NCBI GenBank assembly: GCA_037445065.1
Contig: JBBILD010000007.1
Span: 64,001-128,000, forward strand
Direction of reading: 5' to 3'
DNA from: Myxococcales bacterium
GTDB taxonomy: Bacteria; Desulfobacterota; Binatia; HRBIN30
Length of the DNA stretch: 64,000 bases
Numbering within the stretch: the stretch's first letter is position 1; each line of letters opens with the position of its first letter. Both the position numbers and the translations under genes were made by a program. The notes below the pieces were generated by a model that worked only from the letters and a program-made list of their open reading frames with translations, was not told the DNA's origin and made no database searches. Of this stretch, positions 38,032 through 46,822 are shown one piece after another.

Positions 38032-39084
38032 TTAGCCGTAGACGCGCCTTTGCTCCCGCCTCAACAAGTACACGAAGAACGGCGCCCCGCTAAGAGCGGT
38101 GACCACACCGACCGGCAGCTCGACGGGCGCGAACAACGTACGGGCCAGCGTATCAGCTACCAGCAAGAAGATCGCCCCGCCGACGAACGAACTCGGAAGC
38201 AACAAGCGATAATCGGCGCCGAACAGCAGGCGCAAGGTGTGGGGAACGATCAGCCCTACGAAACCAATCATGCCGCTCACGGCCACGACCACACCGACCA
38301 ACAACGAGGCCCCCAGGAAGACCGCGGTGCGCACCCGATGGACGGCCACGCCTAACTGCCGCGCGGAGGTCTCTCCCAAACTGAGCACGTTCAACGGCCG
38401 CGCAAAGCGAAACAGCCAAACCGCGGCAACCACCGTGTACACGTTCACAACGGCCACGGTGCGGTAGCCGTATGCAGCCACGCTGCCCATCAGCCACGAA
38501 AGCAAGCCGTGGGCTTGGTAAAAGTCCACCAGCGCGTTCACGCACAAAATCAGGGCCCCAGCAAAGGCGTTGTACACCACGCCGGCCAGCAGCAGCACGT
38601 GTGGCTGCAGGCGCCCGTGCACCAGGGACAAGCGGTACAGCACCGCAACCGAAATCAGGGCACCCAGCGCCGCCGCTACCGGCAGAAGCTCTGGCGAGCC
38701 GAACACTCGCCCGCCGGACACCACCACTGCGGCCACGGCGCCAAGTGCTGCTCCTCCCGACACTCCGATCAAGTGCGGCTCGGCGAGGGGGTTGCGCAGC
38801 AAACCCTGCAACGCCGCCCCTGCGAGGCCCAAACCTGCACCGACGGCACTGGCGAGCAGCGCGCGTGGCAGGCGAGTCTCGAACAAGATCAGATGATGGA
38901 CATTGCCAGCACCACCGGCCCATGCCTCGCGCCAATCAAGTCGCACGTTCCCTGCAACGAGGGCAAGGAGGAAGGAGCCAAACCAAAGCAGCATCAAGAA
39001 AGAGAGGACCGTCACAAAACGGCTCTTGGTCAAGTAGCGAGCGTCTCCGAACTCGCCCGCGTTACCCGTGTTCGGCTGGCTCAT
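38032..39084 (-). CDS. btuC: Cobalamin ABC transporter permease (BtuC/FecCD family)
   Basis: 'RLPRALLA', 'QGLLRNPLAEPHLIGVSGGA', 'LGETSARQLGV', 'GMIGFVGLIVPH', 'ELPVGVVT'. Confidence 0.9.
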   Translation of the reverse strand: MSQPNTGNAGEFGDARYLTKSRFVTVLSFLMLLWFGSFLLALVAGNVRLDWREAWAGGAGNVHHLILFETRLPRALLASAVGAGLGLAGAALQGLLRNPLAEPHLIGVSGGAALGAVAAVVVSGGRVFGSPELLPVAAALGALISVAVLYRLSLVHGRLQPHVLLLAGVVYNAFAGALILCVNALVDFYQAHGLLSWLMGSVAAYGYRTVAVVNVYTVVAAVWLFRFARPLNVLSLGETSARQLGVAVHRVRTAVFLGASLLVGVVVAVSGMIGFVGLIVPHTLRLLFGADYRLLLPSSFVGGAIFLLVADTLARTLFAPVELPVGVVTALSGAPFFVYLLRREQRRVYG

Positions 39085-39091
39085 CCACGCC

Positions 39092-39961
39092 TCACGGAAC
39101 GAGAGGAACGCGCTGCGGGTGCAACCAGCGCGCCAGCATTTCCACAGCTTCCGGAACCCGGGGCCCCGCCCGCAACAGGCGCGAATCTGCGCCGACAAAC
39201 ACACGCCCGCTGCGCACCGCACGCAAATCCGCAAAGCGCGACCAAAACGTCCCGTTGTCTGCTTCCTCGCTACCCATACTCGCGTCCACAATGACTTCCG
39301 GGTCTTGCGCCAAGAGGTACTCCAAATCCACCCGCGGCCAGCCGTGCCCCGCCATGGCTCCCACGTTCTTGCCACCGGCCAGCCGAATCATCTCGTCTTG
39401 CAGCGTTCCTGCCCCTGCAACAATCAGTGGATTGCGCCCCACAAGAAAGAACACCGAAGGTGAGCGGTCCGGCGTGACTCGTTCCCGCACGGCCGCGATA
39501 CGCTGCTCGAACGCACGCGCCAGCTCCTCGCCCTTGGTGGTTTGCTCGAGAAGCCGGGAGACCTCGAGGATGGCGTCGCGCGCCTCGCCTACGCTGCTCG
39601 CCTGGATCACCACCACTCGCAAACCCATATGCATCAGCGCCTCCACCGCACGGCGGTTCCCGGGGCTCGGCGAGGCCAGTACCAAGTCCGGCTGCTTGGC
39701 AAGCACCAACTCCACGGTTGGCACGAGAAACGTGCCCACCCGAGCAATGGCACGGGCTGCGGGCGGTTCGTCGCACTGCATGGTTACTCCTACCAGGCGA
39801 TCGCCGGCACCGAGCGCAAAGACGATCTCGGTGAGTTCCGGCGATAGAGAGACGATCCGCCGCGGCGCCTCCGCCCCACTCCAACACGGGTAGGAAAGCC
39901 AGCACAGCGCAAGCAGGAACCCCTTCCTCGCAAGACGAGAACCGTGGGGCTGCAGCCTCAT
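39092..39961 (-). CDS. btuF: Cobalamin-binding periplasmic protein BtuF
   Basis: 'RIVSLSPELTEIVFALGAGDRLVGVT', 'PTVELVLAKQPDLVL', 'RAGPRV'; inside a riboswitch-led operon. Confidence 0.88.
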   Translation of the reverse strand: MRLQPHGSRLARKGFLLALCWLSYPCWSGAEAPRRIVSLSPELTEIVFALGAGDRLVGVTMQCDEPPAARAIARVGTFLVPTVELVLAKQPDLVLASPSPGNRRAVEALMHMGLRVVVIQASSVGEARDAILEVSRLLEQTTKGEELARAFEQRIAAVRERVTPDRSPSVFFLVGRNPLIVAGAGTLQDEMIRLAGGKNVGAMAGHGWPRVDLEYLLAQDPEVIVDASMGSEEADNGTFWSRFADLRAVRSGRVFVGADSRLLRAGPRVPEAVEMLARWLHPQRVPLVP

Positions 39962-41235
39962 TCCAAAAACACCAAATCGAACGGTGGAAGGCCGGTGGGG
40001 AGCGGACCCGGGGTGAGTTCCACCCCATCCGCAGCACGCAGCACGCGCACGCCAGGGTTGTGAATGTTGCGCTCCACCACGAACAACTGCCCGCGAGTGT
40101 CCAGTTCGATATCGGACAAACCGTCTTGCCGCAGCACCGTCCGTAGCTTTTGCCCCGTGCGCGGGTCGAAGGCCATCAGGGCGGTAGAAAAGTTCGGCAG
40201 CGACACGATCGCGTACGCGAGCGATTCGGACACCAAGACGATGTCCGTGATGTCCCCGCCGAGCGCGTCTTCTCGCACCACCCAGCCGAGGGAGTCGAAC
40301 GAGTCGAGGTCAATGGCCTCGACGCCGCCATCGTTCACGCCGAATTGCCCGACTTCGACGACGTACATGCGGTTGCCGCGGGTGAGCAGGCCTTGAGTCA
40401 TGCCGAATGGGTTCGCGCTCATGAGCTGGAGCGCGCCCACAACCGTGTCGGTGGCGGGATCGATGCGCAGCAACAGGCCTGGCTGCACGGGCGTGAAGTT
40501 CTCCAGGCGCTGCAAGGCCACGTACAGGAACCCTCCGACCACGGTGCTTTGGCTTGCCTCGGGACTGCCGTCCCGGTCCGCGTAGGCGCGCAAGTCAATT
40601 TCCTGTTGGATAAAGTCCGCGCAGTCGGGCCGCGGGCGCAGCCCGACCCGCAACAGATATGGCCGCGCCAATAGGGTCACGTAACCGGTGCGGCCGTCCC
40701 TGAAGGCCAAGTCTTGCGGGTTGGAGCCGTTGCCGGTGGAGCACTGTGCCACGGTGGCAAAGTCTCGATCGGCGTCCAGGATCTGCACGTTGTCGGCGCC
40801 AAAGCGATTGATCACGAACACCCGCCGACCGAACACGCGGGCCACCGGATCCGCCCCCAAGCGCCGCTGCGGGCGACTCGGATCCACGCGGAACGGTGCC
40901 GTGGTCGCGATCGTCGCAAAGCTGCCGGTTTGAAAATCGGTCGTGGTGACGAAAGCGAGAGCGAGTGGCGGCGGCGCTTCGAGTGCGCGCAGCACCGCCT
41001 GAACGAGCTCATCTACGGTCACTGCGCCATCCTCGTTCGCATCGAGTTCCGGGCAGGCACGGACCTCCGCTTCTCCCAAGCCAATGCGCACGCCGAGAAC
41101 CAGTTCGTCAACGGTCACCACCCCGTCGCCGTTACAGTCGCCCAGTTCATCCACCGTGGCCGCCAGCGGGGTTGCAATCGCAATCCCGCTAGCCAAGGCA
41201 GCGGCGAGCACAACCAGACAGATCGCTCGTTTCAT
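39958..41235 (-). CDS. Exported protein: dockerin-like module plus YncE/BtuG-like beta-propeller
   Basis: Signal peptide; 'GDCNGDGVVTVDELV...DANEDGAVTVDELV'; propeller blades 'VFVINRFGADNVQILD', 'GSNPQDLAF', 'LYVALQRL', 'TGLPPFDLVF'. Confidence 0.75.
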   Translation of the reverse strand: MKRAICLVVLAAALASGIAIATPLAATVDELGDCNGDGVVTVDELVLGVRIGLGEAEVRACPELDANEDGAVTVDELVQAVLRALEAPPPLALAFVTTTDFQTGSFATIATTAPFRVDPSRPQRRLGADPVARVFGRRVFVINRFGADNVQILDADRDFATVAQCSTGNGSNPQDLAFRDGRTGYVTLLARPYLLRVGLRPRPDCADFIQQEIDLRAYADRDGSPEASQSTVVGGFLYVALQRLENFTPVQPGLLLRIDPATDTVVGALQLMSANPFGMTQGLLTRGNRMYVVEVGQFGVNDGGVEAIDLDSFDSLGWVVREDALGGDITDIVLVSESLAYAIVSLPNFSTALMAFDPRTGQKLRTVLRQDGLSDIELDTRGQLFVVERNIHNPGVRVLRAADGVELTPGPLPTGLPPFDLVFLE

Positions 41236-41252
41236 CAGTCCTCCGCGTTTCC

Positions 41253-43322
41253 TTACAGTGTCCAGGTTACCGTTCCAATCCAAGAGCGGCCTGGGAGCGG
41301 AAAGCCGCCCACGTCCGAGATCTGGTTGCCGGTGAGGTTGCGCACCTGGAGCAAGAGCCGCAGGTGCTTGCCGAGGTGCCAGCTCAGACCCAAGCCGTGC
41401 GTCGTTCGCGCCGGTACCCGCTGAAAGTTCGCGAGGTCCAAATAATTCCCGGCGATCGCATTCCACTCGTAAAACCCCTCCCAGCGCCCCCACTCGGCGC
41501 TCACGCGTGCGTAGCCCTCCTGGCGCGGGCGCCCTGGCAACTGCTTGCCAACGTAAATCCCTCCTTGCGCGCGGCTGCGATTCTCGGCGTCTTGCAGGGT
41601 GTAGTTGAACTCGGCGCGCAGGACCTGGCGCAAGCGCATCTGCAGGCCCACTTCATGGCCGCGCAGCCGAGCTTGGCCAATGTTTTCCGGACGAAACATC
41701 GCTGCGCTGCGCTGCACGAATACGACCAGATCGCGCACGTCGTTGTCGAAGTAAGCGTATTCGAGCTGGCCCACCTCGAACCAAGCAAACGCGGGTATCT
41801 GCCAGCGAACGCCGATGTCCCGATTCCACGCGCTCTCGGGAACGAGCGAGGGATTGCCAATTACGGTGCCCGATAGCCCGAACAACTCCAGCAAGCTCGG
41901 CGCTCGCTGGTACCGGCCCGTGTTGGCGAGCAACGTCCAGCCCCAACCGAGGTGGTACGCCAGCCCCAGCGAAGGGTTCACTAAGTCGCGGTCGGTGGAA
42001 AGCCGCGGTACTACGCGGCCGAAGGTACGGATGCTCTTGTCCGTAGCATCGTGTAGGTGCTCCCATCGAAACCCGGGAACCACCGTGAGGCGCTCCGCAA
42101 GGACTCGCAGTTCTGGTTGCAAGGCAAGCGCCGTGCGCCAGCGGCGCGCGGGGCTTTCTTCGGGTGCGTTCAGCGCATCGTTGTCGGGCCAAAACCACTC
42201 GTGGCTCGTGCCCAGCAAGCCAGCCACGCTGAGCACTTCGCTGGCATCCCAGGTGAGGTTCCCATCAGCCCCCACGGCCCACGAGAGGTCGGTACGGTCC
42301 TGCTGCCCGCCTCCCAACTCGCCGAAGGGATCGCGAAACGTGCTACGGTCAAGCGTGCTGTACCCTGTCATCGCACCGCTCGTGGCACTCGCAAAGGGCA
42401 GCTCCGGAAACGTGATCCGCAGCGCATCCAGAACGCGCAAGCGCGTGCCTTCGGCATGTAGAGAAGGATTCGCACCACGCCCCGGCAACTCTGTTTGCCT
42501 CCAAAAATTCTCGTGCAAAACCTCCCAGCGCCCGGCGCCTGCGGCTGGAGCCTGGAGATTCAGCAGCACATCCACACTGTCGAAGGAGTTGTGCACGCGG
42601 GTTACGTCGCGATCGTCGAGCGGGTTTTGCGGCGTGTCGTTGTCCGTGCGAAAGCGGAAGTTGCCGGCGCTGCCTGTGTAGGCGACGTGTGCCAGCCAAT
42701 GGAACTCTCCCCACTGGCGCCGATCCGTGGCGGTGGCTTTGCGGGTATCGAACGATCCATACCCGGCCTGTGCTTGTGTGCCGTGATCGCGCTTGGGTAC
42801 CAGATTCACCGCACCTCCCAAGCCAGCAACCGAGAAATTCACCGGAGTCACACCGCGGTACACCTCGATCCGCGCCAAGCTGTCTATGGGGAGATCGGCA
42901 AGGTCCACCACCTCGTTTCGCGCTCGGGAGAGGGGAATCCCATCGAAAAAAATTTGCACTTGGTTGGCCCCTGCGCCGCGCACGGACAAGGTGGCAAAGG
43001 CCCCTAAACCTCCGTACCGGCGCACGCTCACACCGGCGATGTCGGCCAGCGCATCGGTGACGGTTTTGAGTTCCTCGGCGTAGCGGCTGGTATCGATTTC
43101 CTGCGAATAAGCCGTGGGCGCCTTCCGTTCGGTTGCCCGCAGCGCAGGGGCGCGTACCGTCACCTCTGCCTCCACGTCTGCTCCGCGACACGGCGCACAC
43201 AGCGCCGCAACGGCGAGCACTGCGAGAGCAATCCGCACTGCTTGCCGGCACGTCGTCGGCCCCCGGCTTCTCGCTGTCCGCTTGCTCCACCCCCGCCTTG
43301 GCCCAGCGCCACGCCCCTTCAT
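41253..43322 (-). CDS. btuB: TonB-dependent receptor, BtuB-like
   Basis: Plug 'LSVRGAGANQVQIFFDGIPL...IEVYRG...GGAVNL'; barrel 'RAPSLLELFG...GNPSLVPE', 'NLTG...GFPLPGRSW'; ATG 43322 overlaps the upstream stop. Confidence 0.88.
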   Translation of the reverse strand: MKGRGAGPRRGWSKRTARSRGPTTCRQAVRIALAVLAVAALCAPCRGADVEAEVTVRAPALRATERKAPTAYSQEIDTSRYAEELKTVTDALADIAGVSVRRYGGLGAFATLSVRGAGANQVQIFFDGIPLSRARNEVVDLADLPIDSLARIEVYRGVTPVNFSVAGLGGAVNLVPKRDHGTQAQAGYGSFDTRKATATDRRQWGEFHWLAHVAYTGSAGNFRFRTDNDTPQNPLDDRDVTRVHNSFDSVDVLLNLQAPAAGAGRWEVLHENFWRQTELPGRGANPSLHAEGTRLRVLDALRITFPELPFASATSGAMTGYSTLDRSTFRDPFGELGGGQQDRTDLSWAVGADGNLTWDASEVLSVAGLLGTSHEWFWPDNDALNAPEESPARRWRTALALQPELRVLAERLTVVPGFRWEHLHDATDKSIRTFGRVVPRLSTDRDLVNPSLGLAYHLGWGWTLLANTGRYQRAPSLLELFGLSGTVIGNPSLVPESAWNRDIGVRWQIPAFAWFEVGQLEYAYFDNDVRDLVVFVQRSAAMFRPENIGQARLRGHEVGLQMRLRQVLRAEFNYTLQDAENRSRAQGGIYVGKQLPGRPRQEGYARVSAEWGRWEGFYEWNAIAGNYLDLANFQRVPARTTHGLGLSWHLGKHLRLLLQVRNLTGNQISDVGGFPLPGRSWIGTVTWTL

Positions 43323-44314
43323 GGGTGACACGGGAGCGCTTCCACGGCGAACACGAGGTCGGCAGCGGAGATGCGGCCGTCGCCGTTGTGGTCGGCCGCA
43401 GGCGTCGCTTCATGGAACAAGGCGGCGAGCGTGTCCTCGATTCGCCTGCATTGCGCAGGAGAAGCCGCAGGGGTCGGCGTGGGCGAGGGCGAGGAGGTCG
43501 CGGTTGCGGTATGCGTAGCGGCGGCCGTGTACGTGGGAGTTGCGCTCGCGGTCGCGGTCTGAGTTGGTGTGGGTGGAACCGTAGTGCTCGGCGTTAGGCT
43601 CGCGGTCGGGACGGGAACCCCCGGCACACAGACATGAACAGCGGCGATCGCGTCGAGGTCGAACCCGGCAGAGTTCGAGGCAGGCACTCGGTTCCCCGGA
43701 TCGTCCATCTCGTCGCCAGCGTCGCGAATCCGCACGAAGGCAGCCCACGGCAGTCCGACCTCCGCGAGGTCGAAGGCGTCGCCACCGGCCATCAGCGGAT
43801 CGCGCGGATCCATACCGTTTTCCGGGTTCGAGAACACGGGGCTCTTCCCGGCCAGGCCTTGCCAAGAAGCCCGATCGTAGGGAAAAGTGCGAAACTCCTG
43901 ACCGTCTTGGCTGACGGCGACGATCCCGAGTTCTGCAAACACGGGTCCGGTGGGGCCACCAGCGTGAAAGGCGTTTTCGAAGACGATCAAGTCCGCCCCC
44001 GGGCCGTCGCAGATCACGGGCGGATCGAGGCGCAGCACGATTTCGCCGCCGTGGCCCAGGGAGAGCACATCCAACGATCCCTGCAACGCGCCCCCTCCTT
44101 TCGGGGGACCGAGCACGATCCCTGGCAGTTGGTCCTGCCCGAAGCCAGCGTTCCTGCCTGGGGAAAAACTCACCACTGCGTCGGCAAACGACCCCGCTTG
44201 CACCGCACTGGCCCACATGGCGAGCCAGGTGAATAGGGCGAGAGTCGAAGGAGCCAGCGATCCCGCTGGCGACCGCTGGCTCCCCGCCTCCGGCGCTGTT
44301 TCGCTCGCCTTCAC
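43319..44314 (-). CDS. Cell-surface protein with BtuH-like domain, Thr/Pro linker and C-terminal EF-hand/dockerin-like loop
   Basis: 'FADAVVSFSPG', 'LSLGHGGEIVL', 'DGPGADLIVFENAF', 'ELGIVAVSQDG', 'GGDAFDL', 'FVRIRD', 'GFDLDAI'; then PT-rich linker and 'DHNGDGRISAADL'. Confidence 0.7.
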   Translation of the reverse strand: MKASETAPEAGSQRSPAGSLAPSTLALFTWLAMWASAVQAGSFADAVVSFSPGRNAGFGQDQLPGIVLGPPKGGGALQGSLDVLSLGHGGEIVLRLDPPVICDGPGADLIVFENAFHAGGPTGPVFAELGIVAVSQDGQEFRTFPYDRASWQGLAGKSPVFSNPENGMDPRDPLMAGGDAFDLAEVGLPWAAFVRIRDAGDEMDDPGNRVPASNSAGFDLDAIAAVHVCVPGVPVPTASLTPSTTVPPTPTQTATASATPTYTAAATHTATATSSPSPTPTPAASPAQCRRIEDTLAALFHEATPAADHNGDGRISAADLVFAVEALPCHP

Positions 44315-44341
44315 GCGCGTACTTCGTTCACGCGAGTGGTG

Positions 44342-45751
44342 TCAGGGCAGGCAGCGGAACGCCACGCGGTCCACGGCGGCCCGCTGGTTCGCGTCACGCA
44401 CGCGCACCTTGACCTTCTTTTTTCCCGGCTTCACGCGGGTTGGGGTGGTGACCAAAGGCACGTCTACCGGCACGGGGCCAAAGCAAAGCGGACCGGTGAC
44501 AGGCAGCGCTCCGCTCACCGTGGTGGCAAGCTGCTGCAAACTCGCATCAGGGGTTGTGGAACCTGGCTGCCACAGCTCGAAGCTCACCACCCCCGGCGAG
44601 GTGCAGCTGCTGCGCGGCACGTTCAAGCACACCCCCAAGGCAAACTGGCAACTCCCGTTGGAGGCTCCGTCCCGATCGCACGACGGGTCACCGTCGCGGC
44701 AGACCGAGTCGGTTGTCGGCTGTCCCTTCTTGTTCAGGCGCGGGCTCACATCGCTGAACTCGCTCCAGCAATCGCGCGCTGCGGGGGCCTTGCCGCCAAA
44801 GAGTTTCTCGATGGGCGTGAGCGTCGTCACCTGCGACACGCCAAAATCCACCACGTACACCCGCCCGCTGAACGGATCCACGTCCAGGCCCGTCGAGAAC
44901 GAGAAGCCTTCGGCCAATTGAGTCAAGGTGTTACTGCTCAGATCAAAGGCCACCAAGGTGCTGCTGGAAAAGGTGGGCGTGAACCCGCCGGAGATCAACA
45001 ACCGCCCTTGGTGGTCGAAAGCCAGGTCGTAGACGCCCGAGAGACCCGTGAGTGGGAGACTCTCGGTATTGGTGGTGTTGTGGAGCACGAGAATCGAGCC
45101 CTGAAACGTGCTCGAACTCACGTCGCCCACGAACAAATCGCCATTGCTGGCGAAGGCAAGGCCGGCCGTGAAATCCAACATGCCGCGGCGTACCACAAAG
45201 GGTGGGTAGAAAAAGCTGCGATGCTGCCACACCTTCCCGTTGCCTGAGCCCACGGCATCACCCACGTACGGTTCCCCATCGGGGCCGATGGCGACTCCTT
45301 GCGCGTTCGGGATCGAGCCCGCGGGCGCCACCTCGAGTCCGACGGCAGGTAGCGGGCCGGACGCGAGCAACGGTGCGGAGCGGGCAAACAAGGTGTCCCC
45401 CGTGGCTGCGCCGCTCAGTTCGCCGCCGTTGTCGGTGACGAACAAGTACGAACGATTCACCGCCAGGCCACCAATGGAGTTCAGCCCAGTGATCAACGCG
45501 GTTACCGTTCCATCCCAGTCGCGGCGCACCACTTGCTGCTGGCCCGCACCGAACGACCCTTGGCCGACAAAGATCGAGGTACCGAACACAGCGACATCGC
45601 CTTGAACTGTATCGGGCAACGGAATCTGCCCGACGATGTAGTCCGGCGATGCAACAACCGTGGCGCCCGCCACGCGAGCGTGTCCACAGACGACCGTGAC
45701 GCACGCCACAAACGCCAAACACAAAACGACCCTTGAAACCTCTCGCTGCAT
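44342..45751 (-). CDS. Exported beta-propeller protein with Cys-rich C-terminal domain (first gene after the riboswitch)
   Basis: Signal peptide; NHL/SMP-30-like blades 'GVAIGPDGEPYVGD', 'GLAFASNGDLFVGD', 'DLAFDHQGRLLISG'; C-terminal 'DCWSEF...CRDGDPSCDRDG..NGSCQF...RCLP'. Confidence 0.72.
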   Translation of the reverse strand: MQREVSRVVLCLAFVACVTVVCGHARVAGATVVASPDYIVGQIPLPDTVQGDVAVFGTSIFVGQGSFGAGQQQVVRRDWDGTVTALITGLNSIGGLAVNRSYLFVTDNGGELSGAATGDTLFARSAPLLASGPLPAVGLEVAPAGSIPNAQGVAIGPDGEPYVGDAVGSGNGKVWQHRSFFYPPFVVRRGMLDFTAGLAFASNGDLFVGDVSSSTFQGSILVLHNTTNTESLPLTGLSGVYDLAFDHQGRLLISGGFTPTFSSSTLVAFDLSSNTLTQLAEGFSFSTGLDVDPFSGRVYVVDFGVSQVTTLTPIEKLFGGKAPAARDCWSEFSDVSPRLNKKGQPTTDSVCRDGDPSCDRDGASNGSCQFALGVCLNVPRSSCTSPGVVSFELWQPGSTTPDASLQQLATTVSGALPVTGPLCFGPVPVDVPLVTTPTRVKPGKKKVKVRVRDANQRAAVDRVAFRCLP

Positions 45752-45848
45752 GACAAACCTCCCGTTTGTCTGTCAGCGCTCCAGCGGAAGCGCGGTTGTC
45801 GCCGGGCCGATGAGCAAGAGCGAGGCAGCCGCGCGACCGGCGCGCATT

Positions 45849-45925
45849 AAAAAACAACCCGGTAGCGTTCGCACGCTCCGGGTGTGAGTCTTGGGTCGCT
45901 TTGCCATCTCGCCCTCACACCCCGG
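45849..45925 (-). terminator. Riboswitch expression platform: intrinsic terminator with overlapping antiterminator
   Basis: Minus strand ACCCGG-AGCGT-GCGA-ACGCT-A-CCGGGT-TGTTTTTT (45883 to 45849); 45914-45925 can pair with 45878-45888 as the antiterminator. Confidence 0.8.
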
Positions 45926-45949
45926 AAGGCACCGATTTTCCTCCGCTGC

Positions 45950-46100
45950 GGGGCCAGGTCTCCTGGCTCTCGGCAACCTACTCGCGGCGCCTTCCCACCC
46001 GGGCATCCCGAGCAGTGGCAAACTTGCCGCTTTCGTTCCGAATACAGTGGCGGGGGCCGCGCCGGCCTCTCACCGGCTTCCCTCAACCCTGCAGCGCGCG
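45950..46100 (-). ncRNA. Cobalamin (B12) riboswitch
   Basis: Minus strand GGGAAgccGGTGagaggCCGGcgcgGCCCCCGCCACTGTA...GCCACTG...GGGAAGGC...GAGCCAGGAGACCTG (B12 box), upstream of btuB/F/C. Confidence 0.95.
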
Positions 46101-46104
46101 CCCA

Positions 46105-46131
46105 TTTATACGGCCGCGGCAAGCATGTCAA
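46105..46131 (-). promoter_or_regulatory. Sigma70-type promoter of the B12 operon
   Basis: TTGACA (46131-46126) and TATAAAT immediately upstream of the riboswitch; spacer is short (15 bp). Confidence 0.55.
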
Positions 46132-46329
46132 TCCCGCCCCGCGTCCGCTGCCCCTTTCGGTTCCCTACTCCGCGCTCCCCGCCCCGCTGCCGATCGCAGC
46201 GCCCCACCCGCTTGAGCCCGGCGCAAAAAAGAGGCAGACTGATTTTGCGTTTTTTCGCTCGACAAAGTCCCACCCTCGAATCAATACACATACGAATCGT
46301 TCCCGCAGCGCTGCGGAAGGAGGTGCACC

Positions 46330-46764
46330 ATGCAAACGGTGCGAGACGTTCTCGAGCGCAAAGGCCATCAGGTGTGGACCGTGCAAGCGCGGCAGACCGT
46401 GTACGAGGCGCTGGAAATCCTGGCCGAAAAAGACATTGGCGCCCTGCTGGTTTGCGACGGCGACGAGGCAGTGGGGATGTTTTCCGAGCGAGACTACGCG
46501 CGGCACGTGATCCTCAAAGGCAAGTCGTCCAAGGACACGCCCGTGCGCGAGGTCATGAGCGCTCCCTTGCTGTTCGCGAGTCCGCAGCAAAAGATGGAGG
46601 AGTGCATGGCGCTCATGACCGAGCACCGCATCCGCCACCTGCCAGTGTTGGAAGAGGGCAAGATCATCGGCATGATTTCCATCGGTGACGTGGTCAAAGC
46701 GGTTCTGGAAGAGAAGCAGTTCTTGATCCAACAGCTCGAAAGTTACATTACGCTCGGAGGCTGA
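46330..46764 (+). CDS. CBS-pair domain protein
   Basis: 'KDIGALLV', 'GMFSERDYAR', 'RIRHLPV', 'ISIGDVVK'. Confidence 0.92.
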   Translation: MQTVRDVLERKGHQVWTVQARQTVYEALEILAEKDIGALLVCDGDEAVGMFSERDYARHVILKGKSSKDTPVREVMSAPLLFASPQQKMEECMALMTEHRIRHLPVLEEGKIIGMISIGDVVKAVLEEKQFLIQQLESYITLGG

Positions 46765-46822
46765 CCGCTCGCGCCGGAGGCGAGCGCCGAAGCCAGCCTC
46801 CTGGCTCTTTGCGGAGGAACAG

